From IMG/VR virus record IMGVR_UViG_3300045988_158963, positions 1 through 61,504 of that record: 61,504 nt of DNA. The stretch is one strand, 5' to 3'. Shown here one piece after another: positions 1-7,039 of the stretch (position 1 is its first letter; every line of letters starts with the position of its first letter). The notes beneath the pieces are model-generated. The model saw only the letters and a list, made by a program, of their open reading frames with translations. It ran no database searches and was not told the origin of the DNA. The position numbers and the translations under genes are program-made. This stretch comes from a virus.

Positions 1-144
1 TTCAGTTAACACTTCTACCGGTGTGTTAGGGTTCCCGGCAGCGCTACGGCGGACACCCCAGTTGCTATCCTTAGCCAGTTCAGTTAACACTTCTACCGGT
101 GTGTTAGGGTTCCCGGCAGCGCTACGGCGGACATCACTGTCGCT
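1..144. repeat. 78-bp tandem coding repeat (same array as 60861..61504)
   Basis: Unit ttcagttaacacttctaccggtgtgttagggttcccggcagcgcta... recurs with a 78-nt period. Confidence 0.9.
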
Positions 145-168
145 GTTTAAAATTTCATTCTTAGTCAT
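1..168 (-). CDS. LRV/HEAT-like repeat protein, 5' part (continues at 61504..60612 across the junction)
   Basis: Minus-strand ATG at 168..166 (MTKNEILNSDSDVRRSAAGNPNTPVEVLTELAKDSNWGVRR...) runs open to position 1. After removing the 35-nt overlap, 133+893 nt = 342 codons in one frame. Confidence 0.8.
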   Translation of the reverse strand, partial: MTKNEILNSDSDVRRSAAGNPNTPVEVLTELAKDSNWGVRRSAAGNPNTPVEVLTE

Positions 169-199
169 TTTCTATATAATTTAGATTTGAATATTAATC

Positions 200-322
200 T
201 TACCAATACATAGTTGTATTTTCCCATTCCCTCTGATATACATCTTCGGGATCTTCCGTCTCTTCAAACCCATCGAAGTCTTGCTCCCCGTCCGGATCTA
301 TAATGTAGATATCCCTTACCAT
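200..322 (-). CDS. small acidic hypothetical protein (40 aa)
   Basis: MVRDIYIIDPDGEQDFDGFEETEDPEDVYQREWENTTMYW. Its ATG (322..320) abuts the TAA (318..316) of the upstream ORF (ATGGTAA). The rest of track ORF 200..562 overlaps the membrane ORF. Confidence 0.3.
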   Translation of the reverse strand: MVRDIYIIDPDGEQDFDGFEETEDPEDVYQREWENTTMYW

Positions 323-546
323 CGCTTTTCTTTGAAAAACAGGTATGATAAATACGCCATACCCGGCACGAATAGCCAATATGACGGATTGAAGAACGCG
401 CCGATAAACAGCGTGAATGTCACCAGCGCAGATAGGCTGAACATGAACAGTTGAATTGCTTTCATATATCGTTGATTTTTTAATTTCAGATAAAGAGCCG
501 GAGCGGTCTTCCCAGAAAGCTCCGGTAACATATATAATTCTTTCAT
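316..546 (-). CDS. small membrane protein (two hydrophobic helices)
   Basis: 76 aa with helices IQLFMFSLSALVTFTLFIGAFF and WLFVPGMAYLSYLFF. Confidence 0.4.
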   Translation of the reverse strand: MKELYMLPELSGKTAPALYLKLKNQRYMKAIQLFMFSLSALVTFTLFIGAFFNPSYWLFVPGMAYLSYLFFKEKRW

Positions 547-629
547 TTATACCAAAAGACACCTCGCTATATCCTCACGGACGAGAGAGGCATAAACCAA
601 AACCAAAATTTAATTGCAAAATACAAAGT

Positions 630-705
630 GGATGACGTTGTATTGAACAACATATGGCGTATGCGAAAAGGCCATACACATACGCCATATCACCTGTGGT
701 CATCC
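630..705. repeat. nested inverted repeats in a 450-nt non-coding stretch
   Basis: GGATGAC (630-636)/GTCATCC (699-705) enclose GTTG..CAAC (637-651) and a perfect 12-bp stem ATATGGCGTATG (652-663)/CATACGCCATAT (679-690). Confidence 0.7.
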
Positions 706-1010
706 GTTTGCACCCGGCAGCCGATCCGATCGACAGCTTCACGCCTTCAAAGCCGGGTTATATTTTGAAAACTGGATAGGTTAACCAACGTTTGACTCGT
801 AACACCTAAAGGATGTTCCAGCTTTATAATACTTTCGCATTGTCGCATAAGACTTGATGAAAAGAACGATTAAACTTCATCGTGAGCTGGAAATATCTTT
901 CCTCCCTCCATTTTGCCTTATACTGCCTTGCCGCTATCCCGATACCTCTTACGTGTAACCTATGATAGGATCAAGGACTTTCATTGTAACCATGTCAAAG
1001 AACGCTTTTG

Positions 1011-1080
1011 TGGGCATCCGGGATTCGAACCCGGTCAGGAACGCTTTCCTTCACCAGCCGAACGCTTTCGGCTTATGCCC
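1011..1080 (-). ncRNA. tRNA-like element (non-canonical; not a decodable tRNA)
   Basis: The minus strand reads GGGCAT..ATGCCC (acceptor-like) with a perfect T-arm CCGGG-TTCGAAT-CCCGG. The D and anticodon positions hold hairpins with AGCG tetraloops (GCCGAA-AGCG-TTCGGC, AGGAA-AGCG-TTCCT). Confidence 0.4.
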
Positions 1081-1325
1081 TATTCCTTAACATGGCGAAA
1101 AACATCTTCCGCCATGCAGAACCATTTGCACCCAGCTTTCCCAGATTCCGGTTTTTGGAGCCTGATTTTCCCGGTATTAACCAGTCTTTCTAACTTATAT
1201 CTTCCGCCAACAATCTTCATTGCATCTGATTTAGACATTGCGATGTTGTTCAGCCTGAGTGCCGCGTAGATGTTTTCCAACTGCTCCAGGCTTTTCCTGA
1301 CGTATGGGCTTAATGTTGTATTCAT
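1080..1325 (-). CDS. small DNA-binding protein, excisionase-like (tentative)
   Basis: 81 aa, second gene of the early operon. The segment ...MKIVGGRYKLERLVNTGKIRLQKPESGKAGCKWFCMAEDVFRHV resembles winged-helix Xis-type proteins from memory. Confidence 0.35.
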   Translation of the reverse strand: MNTTLSPYVRKSLEQLENIYAALRLNNIAMSKSDAMKIVGGRYKLERLVNTGKIRLQKPESGKAGCKWFCMAEDVFRHVKE

Positions 1326-1361
1326 CTTGGTATTATTTTAATCTTGTTATGACTATAGTCT

Positions 1362-1553
1362 TTATACTATTTGCTTCTTCTGTAGCACACATCCATATTC
1401 CTTTAATGCAACTTCTCTGATTAAGTCTGGCTGTTCGCCTTCAGTTGAAAACCTAAGTGCGTTCCTGACTGTTTGATCTGTTACTCCGAATCTGGAAGAT
1501 AACTTGGATACTACCCCTTTTTCGTACAAAATCTTATACCTTACAACCTTCAT
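1362..1553 (-). CDS. Cro-like small HTH regulator
   Basis: 63 aa with HTH-like LSSRFGVTDQTVRNAL. It is the first gene downstream of the leftward switch promoter and is divergent from the repressor side. Confidence 0.6.
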   Translation of the reverse strand: MKVVRYKILYEKGVVSKLSSRFGVTDQTVRNALRFSTEGEQPDLIREVALKEYGCVLQKKQIV

Positions 1554-1631
1554 ATCTTGTTTATTTTTTTATATTTGCAAATCGCCGTTTTTGTTTTCGT
1601 TTGCAAAACGGGTTTGTTGTTTATTACAGCA

Positions 1632-1655
1632 CAAATGTACTTTATATTTTTAAAA
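1632..1655 (-). promoter_or_regulatory. leftward early promoter element
   Basis: Minus-strand TACATTTG (TAnnTTTG -7 box; plus 1632-1639) preceded by TTTAAAAATATAAAGTA. The 24-nt element is repeated at 2333-2357. Confidence 0.6.
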
Positions 1656-1672
1656 CATAATACTTTCTGGGC

Positions 1673-1689
1673 TTTTAAAATATAAAGTA
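1673..1689 (+). promoter_or_regulatory. inverted copy of the switch element (operator or rightward promoter)
   Basis: TTTTAAAATATAAAGTA is the near-perfect reverse complement of 1638-1655. It is followed by a weak -7-like TAACATTG. Confidence 0.45.
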
Positions 1690-1725
1690 TAACATTGTTT
1701 AACATTAGTGCCTTGTGTGCTTTAA

Positions 1726-2118
1726 ATGCAAGTCGGTATGGAGTTGGAAAAATTTGTTAGTGAAACATTGAAAGAGATAATAGCAGGAGTTAAAGACGCT
1801 CAGGAGTTTGCAGCAAAAAATGGTGCTTGTGTAAACCCTAATCAATTTGGGACTCTTTTATCGCCTAAGCATATATTAGATATGGGAGATGGCACTGTAT
1901 CTATTGTTCAACCTGTTCAGTTTGATGTGTGTGTGACACATTCTAAAAAGGATTCTGGAAAATTGGGAATAGAAATAGTATCAGGAAGTAAAGAGTGTAT
2001 AAAAGGAGCGGAGAGTAGAATAAAATTTTCTGTAGCGGTCTCTCTTCCAAGAATGATGCCTAATTATTCCACCAAGAATCCCGATTATGGGGTTTCAGAA
2101 GTTGGCGAAACAGAATGA
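1726..2118 (+). CDS. hypothetical protein (possibly trypco2-like small domain)
   Basis: 130-aa ORF. The pattern MELEKFVSETLKEIIAGVKDAQ...VQFDVCVT...RIKFSVAVSLP recalls effector-associated small domains. This is memory only. Confidence 0.45.
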   Translation: MQVGMELEKFVSETLKEIIAGVKDAQEFAAKNGACVNPNQFGTLLSPKHILDMGDGTVSIVQPVQFDVCVTHSKKDSGKLGIEIVSGSKECIKGAESRIKFSVAVSLPRMMPNYSTKNPDYGVSEVGETE

Positions 2119-2224
2119 TTCCAAATATGATAGCTATAACGAATACAATAATATGTAATATTCCAATCGTATATACAAATTCTTTGATGGGCAACGTTTC
2201 AATGTATTTAACCAGCTCTTTCAT
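2060..2224 (-). CDS. small single-pass membrane protein (54 aa, below track cutoff)
   Basis: Hand translation gives MKELVKYIETLPIKEFVYTIGILHIIVFVIAIIFGIILFRQLLKPHNRDSWWNN. It lies downstream of the second copy of the leftward promoter element (2333-2357). Confidence 0.4.
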   Translation of the reverse strand: MKELVKYIETLPIKEFVYTIGILHIIVFVIAIIFGIILFRQLLKPHNRDSWWNN

Positions 2225-2332
2225 AGCATGCAAAGACGATCAACTCCAAATTGCGGTTTGGGGTGAAGTCAGTTCTATAGTCCCTAACGGGGTATTGTTA
2301 ATCCGTATGGTATCATCCGCAACCTGATACGA

Positions 2333-2357
2333 TGCAAATATACTTTATATTTTTAAA
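2333..2357 (-). promoter_or_regulatory. second copy of the leftward promoter/operator element
   Basis: CAAATATACTTTATATTTTTAAA matches 1632-1655 with one mismatch. The minus strand reads TATATTTG (-7 box). Confidence 0.55.
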
Positions 2358-2380
2358 TCAATTAAATATGATGTAAAAAA

Positions 2381-2923
2381 ATGGGAATGATTGAACGATT
2401 TTTTGAAACCATTGAGAAAGCAGGTATTACTCCTTATGAGATCGAGACAAAACTTGGTGTAAAATCTGCTCAGTCTAAAATATCTCAAATGAAGGAAGGT
2501 AAAACCAAAGGAGGAAAAGAGAAAACATTATCCTCGGATATATTATCTGCAATATGTTTCAGTCGAGAAGATATTAATCCGGATTACATATTAACAGGAA
2601 GAGGGAAACCTCTGAAAATGGTAAATGAAATATCCAATAATAAAGTTAACGCAAGCGGTAATTCTAATGTTAGTTCTGTCTACAATAACGGACAGAGCAT
2701 AAACATTTCATTGCCAGAAAGCGGAACCCAAAAAATTATTAAGCCGGATGGCAGTGTGGAAATACAAAGCCTAAGTTCAAGTGCAGGTACTGGCTTGAAC
2801 GATACCGATAGACTTAACCAACGTATTCAAGACCTTGAGAGGATTATTTTAGAAAAGGACGCAACAATTAAATCTAAGGATGAAACAATATGGGCGTTAA
2901 GGACTATGTTGGATAGGCAATAG
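2381..2923 (+). CDS. CI-like repressor / HTH transcriptional regulator
   Basis: N-terminal HTH (TPYEIETKLGVKSAQSKISQMKEG), a DYILTGRGKP motif and a C-terminal coiled coil. It sits at the switch, divergent from the early operon. Confidence 0.6.
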   Translation: MGMIERFFETIEKAGITPYEIETKLGVKSAQSKISQMKEGKTKGGKEKTLSSDILSAICFSREDINPDYILTGRGKPLKMVNEISNNKVNASGNSNVSSVYNNGQSINISLPESGTQKIIKPDGSVEIQSLSSSAGTGLNDTDRLNQRIQDLERIILEKDATIKSKDETIWALRTMLDRQ

Positions 2924-2987
2924 ATTTTCGGTTTGTTCTCAAAGATAATGAATTTGTAAATTAGAAAAATGGTTAATATTCAATGAT

Positions 2988-4430
2988 ATGAAAAAAATAT
3001 TTTACGTTATATTTATTATATTTTTTTCTGTAAGTTGCGGAAAAGATGATAAAGATTTGCCTTTAAATAGTCTCCCTGAAGACAGCGTTACAGGGGATGA
3101 TTGGTTCAATGCCACAGGATGTAGACCAAGCGACGCTTCTAAAATCAAGCAAGGTCAACTTTATGGAGATAGTAGGGGATGTAAATACTTGTATGGATCA
3201 AAATATATAGAAGAAGTAGAAAGTTTTTGGTTCGCAAAATATGATCAGTCAGGCAATGAGATATGGGAGATTATACATAAGGACAATTCATTTAAATCTC
3301 ATTCTTACAATCCTGTAGAATTAAAAAATGGGAATATTGTCATCGGCAATGTTTTAAAAGAAACGGATTTTGAGTGTGTAGCTGCTTCACCGGTTATTGT
3401 TGACAAAAGCGGTAATGCTAATTATTTGAAAGTTTTCGACAATAAATACATCTATTCAGATGTTAGTGTGTATGATGATTTTTTCTTTACAACTGTAAGC
3501 CAGAAAGAGTTGTACCTAAATAAAAATGCGACAAATCGTGCTGCTCAAATTGACAATGAAGGTAAAGTTATGCGATTGTTTCCGGGAGGAACAGACCAAT
3601 TACATATACCACAAAAAGAAGATAAATATATTTGGTTCAGTGATTCCACATACGCAAGCATGAATTTGAAAAGCGTTATAAATTCTTCCATTTTTAAAAC
3701 TTTGTGGGAAAGAAATGTTAATATACCATCCTGTGAATCATGTGAAATGTATTTGGGAGAAACTGATACAACAATTATCGCTTCTTACTTTTTAAAATAC
3801 AATGATGGATCTAAAGATACTATCGTCTATGACTTATATAAAGATTCAGGCAAAGAAGTGTGGAGACCTGTGTCTTTACAAGGTATTGCATTCTCCGAAA
3901 CAGAGAAGAAGATAAAGATGGGCGAATATTTCATGATAAAGCCTATTTTTATACCCGAAAACGCAACTAACAAAAAATTGATATGGAAATCATCCAATGA
4001 ATCTATTGCAAAAGTAGACAATGAAGGTTTGGTTAAATCAATATCTTTCGGTGAATGTAATATATCCGCAATATCTGAGGACGGTAATTTTGTTGCATCT
4101 TGTAAAATTGTAGTTCTTGAGCCAGAAATAGAAGAAGCTATAAAGGTATCTGTGTATGGATCATCTACCTCAACAAATGGATATACGACAGGAAATGTTA
4201 CAGCCGCTTTCTATAACAATAGTAGTCGAGAGGTTGAAGTATTAGAATTTGTAATGTACAATACTAAAACAAACAAGAAGGTATTTTATGAAACAAATTG
4301 CGGATTTGTTAAGTATAGGAATCCTTTGAAATATGATCTATCCTTTGAACTTGTTTACAAACCGCTTTATGTTTGGAGATATAAAATTGATGGTAAAATA
4401 TACGAAATTAAATACCAACTTGGAAATTGA
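2988..4430 (+). CDS. surface lipoprotein with Big_2 (Ig-like) domain
   Basis: Signal peptide plus lipobox (IIFFSVSC), then acidic GKDDKD after the Cys. A Big_2-like segment reads ATNKKLIWKSSNESIAKVDNEGLVKSISFGECNISAISEDGNFVASCKIVV. Confidence 0.75.
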   Translation: MKKIFYVIFIIFFSVSCGKDDKDLPLNSLPEDSVTGDDWFNATGCRPSDASKIKQGQLYGDSRGCKYLYGSKYIEEVESFWFAKYDQSGNEIWEIIHKDNSFKSHSYNPVELKNGNIVIGNVLKETDFECVAASPVIVDKSGNANYLKVFDNKYIYSDVSVYDDFFFTTVSQKELYLNKNATNRAAQIDNEGKVMRLFPGGTDQLHIPQKEDKYIWFSDSTYASMNLKSVINSSIFKTLWERNVNIPSCESCEMYLGETDTTIIASYFLKYNDGSKDTIVYDLYKDSGKEVWRPVSLQGIAFSETEKKIKMGEYFMIKPIFIPENATNKKLIWKSSNESIAKVDNEGLVKSISFGECNISAISEDGNFVASCKIVVLEPEIEEAIKVSVYGSSTSTNGYTTGNVTAAFYNNSSREVEVLEFVMYNTKTNKKVFYETNCGFVKYRNPLKYDLSFELVYKPLYVWRYKIDGKIYEIKYQLGN

Positions 4431-4477
4431 AGTAAAATTAATATAAACGTGACGCATGTAATCAAAAAAGATAGGCG

Positions 4478-4497
4478 TTTGTCGGAATGTTTGTCGG
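4478..4497 (+). repeat. putative integrase arm-type site (left)
   Basis: TTTGTCGGAATGTTTGTCGG. A near-identical direct copy lies at 4715-4734 on the other side of the tRNA fragment. Confidence 0.5.
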
Positions 4498-4559
4498 GTC
4501 TATTAAAATTTGCAGCATTCAAGAGGTTGTAAATGAATAAAAAGTGAGATAGATTTTTT

Positions 4560-4606
4560 ACGCCCTTCTAAGGCGTGGGTCGAGCGTTCGAATCGCTCCG
4601 GAATCA
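4560..4606 (+). other. attP core: 3' 47 nt of a tRNA-Arg(UCU) gene (no 5' half)
   Basis: Anticodon arm ACGCC-CTTCTAA-GGCGT, variable GGGTC, T-arm GAGCG-TTCGAAT-CGCTC, acceptor 3' strand CGGAATC, discriminator A. No matching GATTCCG or D-arm lies upstream. Confidence 0.7.
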
Positions 4607-4714
4607 CTCTCTTATAAGCATTGATAATCAGTCTTTTACAGACTTTTTCTTTCCAAAAGAGTCTTGCAAATCTTTAAAAAAAAGCGACAAATATCCGGGA
4701 TTCCAGCTATTTTG

Positions 4715-4734
4715 TTTGTCGAAATGTTTGTCGC
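4715..4734 (+). repeat. putative integrase arm-type site (right)
   Basis: TTTGTCGAAATGTTTGTCGC. An inverted half copy GCGACAAA lies at 4684-4691. Confidence 0.5.
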
Positions 4735-4750
4735 AAAAAATTTAAAGAAT

Positions 4751-5956
4751 ATGGCAACACTGAGATTTTCGGTTTTGTCGACAAGACAAACCTCAAAAAA
4801 AACATTTTTGATTTATTTAACTATTACCCATAAAAGGGAAGTCCGATATATTTCTACCGGATATGAAGTTGATGACTTGTATCAATTCGACAAAGGGAAG
4901 GTTGTTTGCCGGAAAGATGCCCAAGTCATGAATCAGCGATTGGGCTATGTACTATCTGAGTATCGGGAAAAATTGGATGCGATAGATAATCTTGATATTT
5001 ACACATGTTCTCAAATTAAAGAGATTTTAGAAGGACGGCATAAACAGGAAAGCCTAACGACCATCAAGGAGTATATGGAAAAACGTATTACTCTGTTGCG
5101 TAAAGAAGGCAGGGATAGTTATGCTGATATGAATGTTTATACGCTTGATAAAATTATTTCTATAATAGGCAATATTACCCTACAAAGCATATCGCCAGTT
5201 GTGATCGATAAGTTTATCAGAGGGATGGGAAAGTTAAGTAATGCCACAAAACAAATGCGTCTTACACATCTAAAGGCTTGTATCAATGAGGCAATCCGTG
5301 ATGGACTGGTGAAATATGATGTGCATCCATTTGCTTATGTCAAAATGCCAAAGCCGTCAGTTAAATTGTTGGACATTACAATTGATGAATTTACGTTGAT
5401 CATGAATTTAAAAACACGACATAAGAAGTTGACACTTGCTCGTGATCTATTCCTGCTCTCTTTTTATCTGGGGGGCATGAATCTTGCTGATATTGTCAGA
5501 AATGAGTTTGATCGTGATACGATCAGTTATGTTCGTAAAAAAACGGCAAATAAGAGGGAGGGAGAAAAGATTGTAACTTTTACGATCCCAGAAGAAGCAA
5601 AAAAAATCATACGGAAATATATTTCCAGAAATGGAAAATTGAATTTTGGCTACCAGTTTACGTACAGCAATTTTCAGCGTTACGTGAACCATTGTTTGAA
5701 AGAGTTGGCGAAAAAATTGGGAATTAAGTCAAACTTAAGTTTTTATTCAGCTCGAAAAACATTTTCTCAGTTTGCCTTCGATCTTGGTATCCGTACGGAA
5801 ATAGTCGAATATTGTCTGGGGCAGTCTATGAAGGAAAACAGACCTATTTATAATTACATTCGGATAATGCAGAAACAGGCTGATGCAGCTATACGAATGG
5901 TTATAGATTATACGAATGATCCAAGTAAGTATGAATTGAAGGTGTTGGTTTGTTAA
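4751..5956 (+). CDS. int: tyrosine integrase (Bacteroidetes phage-integrase type)
   Basis: Start moved to ATG 4751 (MATLRFSVL...), because the track start 4664 overlaps the arm repeats. The catalytic region reads SFYSARKTFSQFAF...LGQS...PIYNYI, and the gene is adjacent to the tRNA fragment. Confidence 0.9.
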   Translation: MATLRFSVLSTRQTSKKTFLIYLTITHKREVRYISTGYEVDDLYQFDKGKVVCRKDAQVMNQRLGYVLSEYREKLDAIDNLDIYTCSQIKEILEGRHKQESLTTIKEYMEKRITLLRKEGRDSYADMNVYTLDKIISIIGNITLQSISPVVIDKFIRGMGKLSNATKQMRLTHLKACINEAIRDGLVKYDVHPFAYVKMPKPSVKLLDITIDEFTLIMNLKTRHKKLTLARDLFLLSFYLGGMNLADIVRNEFDRDTISYVRKKTANKREGEKIVTFTIPEEAKKIIRKYISRNGKLNFGYQFTYSNFQRYVNHCLKELAKKLGIKSNLSFYSARKTFSQFAFDLGIRTEIVEYCLGQSMKENRPIYNYIRIMQKQADAAIRMVIDYTNDPSKYELKVLVC

Positions 5957-5962
5957 TAATAA

Positions 5963-5988
5963 TCCCGCCGGCGATATTACCGGCGGGA
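5963..5988. terminator. hairpin between convergent genes
   Basis: TCCCGCCGG-cgatatta-CCGGCGGGA (9 bp). An A/T run on the left side fits termination of the minus-strand genes. Confidence 0.5.
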
Positions 5989-6054
5989 CATCCAAACGTG
6001 ATACGCTGGGCACGAAGCCTCAACATGTGGGTCTATGTTATTTATGTAGCAATA

Positions 6055-6351
6055 TTATGAAGCGACAGATATTCTTGTATGCTTATTGATTGTTTCCCAG
6101 ATTCGAACGTACGCCTTTCGATTTTCTTCTTTAAAGTCAATCCCGGTATCGTCGATAAATATTTCATGCGCCAGAACCACATAATCGGTATTCTGTACAT
6201 AGATAGATAACTCCGATCTTTCCGGCCGGGAAGAGACAGATATTATAATGTCACTCTTTGCGATCAGTTTCTCGATCATGATTCGCTGGATTCCTTTTAA
6301 TACATCTAATGTTGTCATAATATTAATCTCCATTATATCTATTGTTAGCAT
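6055..6351 (-). CDS. hypothetical protein
   Basis: 98-aa ORF. It overlaps the end of the upstream ORF by 29 nt, so an internal start (MTTLDVLKG) is possible. Confidence 0.45.
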   Translation of the reverse strand: MLTIDIMEINIMTTLDVLKGIQRIMIEKLIAKSDIIISVSSRPERSELSIYVQNTDYVVLAHEIFIDDTGIDFKEENRKAYVRIWETINKHTRISVAS

Positions 6352-6616
6352 AGTAATTTGTCAGTGTGTTAGCCATGAAAGCCATAGAACAAGTACCAAC
6401 ATTGCGTTTAGCATCCCGGCTTTCGCATTGCTTCTTATTCAAGTTGAAAAGCTGGTACATCTTCATCGCCTTGTCATAGGAACTTCTTTCGTCCTTCCAA
6501 GCCTCTTTTAGGCATTCGCTGAACGTCAATACATGATTGCGGTACTTCTTGCCAGCCTTGAACATTGACCAAGCTGATTTCATTACTCTACTTTTGTTAT
6601 ACTTCGGTGCTTCCAT
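6323..6616 (-). CDS. hypothetical protein
   Basis: 97-aa ORF. A minus-strand TACATTTG -7 box lies just upstream (plus gcaaatgta around 6641-6649). Confidence 0.5.
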   Translation of the reverse strand: MEAPKYNKSRVMKSAWSMFKAGKKYRNHVLTFSECLKEAWKDERSSYDKAMKMYQLFNLNKKQCESRDAKRNVGTCSMAFMANTLTNYYANNRYNGD

Positions 6617-6775
6617 TGTCTTGTTGTCTTATTATTATGATGCAAATGTAAAGTATGTGCTATTCATTTACAAGCGTTGTGATAATTAAATGCTATTCTT
6701 TAACTTTAATTATGAATAGTATATGCTTTACACTTGAATGAGCGTTGTATTTTTGTCAAAAATCAATGATTAATT

Positions 6776-7039
6776 ATGAGTCATAGAATTAAAGAACTGA
6801 TAAAGGAAAAAGGATATACGCAGCAAGAATTTGCTGATAAATTGGGTATAACAAGGGTTGGACTATCTCAGTTAATTAATGGAAAACCTTCATATCCTAC
6901 TCTTGAAAAAATAGCAACGGCTTTAAATGTTCCTATGTGGCAGTTGTTTGCCTCTCCTAGTGAGATTGCAAAGGAACAAGGAACGGGCTTACGCTGTCCT
7001 AATTGCGGCGCCAAACTTGAATTAAAGAAAGTCGAGTGA
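6776..7039 (+). CDS. XRE-family HTH protein with C-terminal zinc ribbon
   Basis: YTQQEFADKLGITRVGLSQLINGK plus CPNCGAKLELKK. A TATTTTTG -7 box lies upstream. Confidence 0.8.
   Translation: MSHRIKELIKEKGYTQQEFADKLGITRVGLSQLINGKPSYPTLEKIATALNVPMWQLFASPSEIAKEQGTGLRCPNCGAKLELKKVE

Noticed and set aside
200-562. The 120-aa track ORF taken as a single gene.
   Set aside because: Its N-terminal two-thirds overlaps, out of frame, a more plausible two-TM ORF (316..546). Only the last 40 codons (from ATG 322) look protein-like. I report it as two small genes at low confidence.
913-1269. Plus-strand ORFs 913..1269 and 1008..1193.
   Set aside because: They run across the minus-strand tRNA-like element and the better-supported minus-strand gene 1080..1325. 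Their sequence is not protein-like.
4664-4750. The upstream extension of the integrase ORF (MQIFKKKRQISGIPAILFVEMFVAKNLKN).
   Set aside because: It overlaps the arm-type repeats and reads as hydrophobic nonsense. The typical integrase N-terminus starts at MATLRF (4751).
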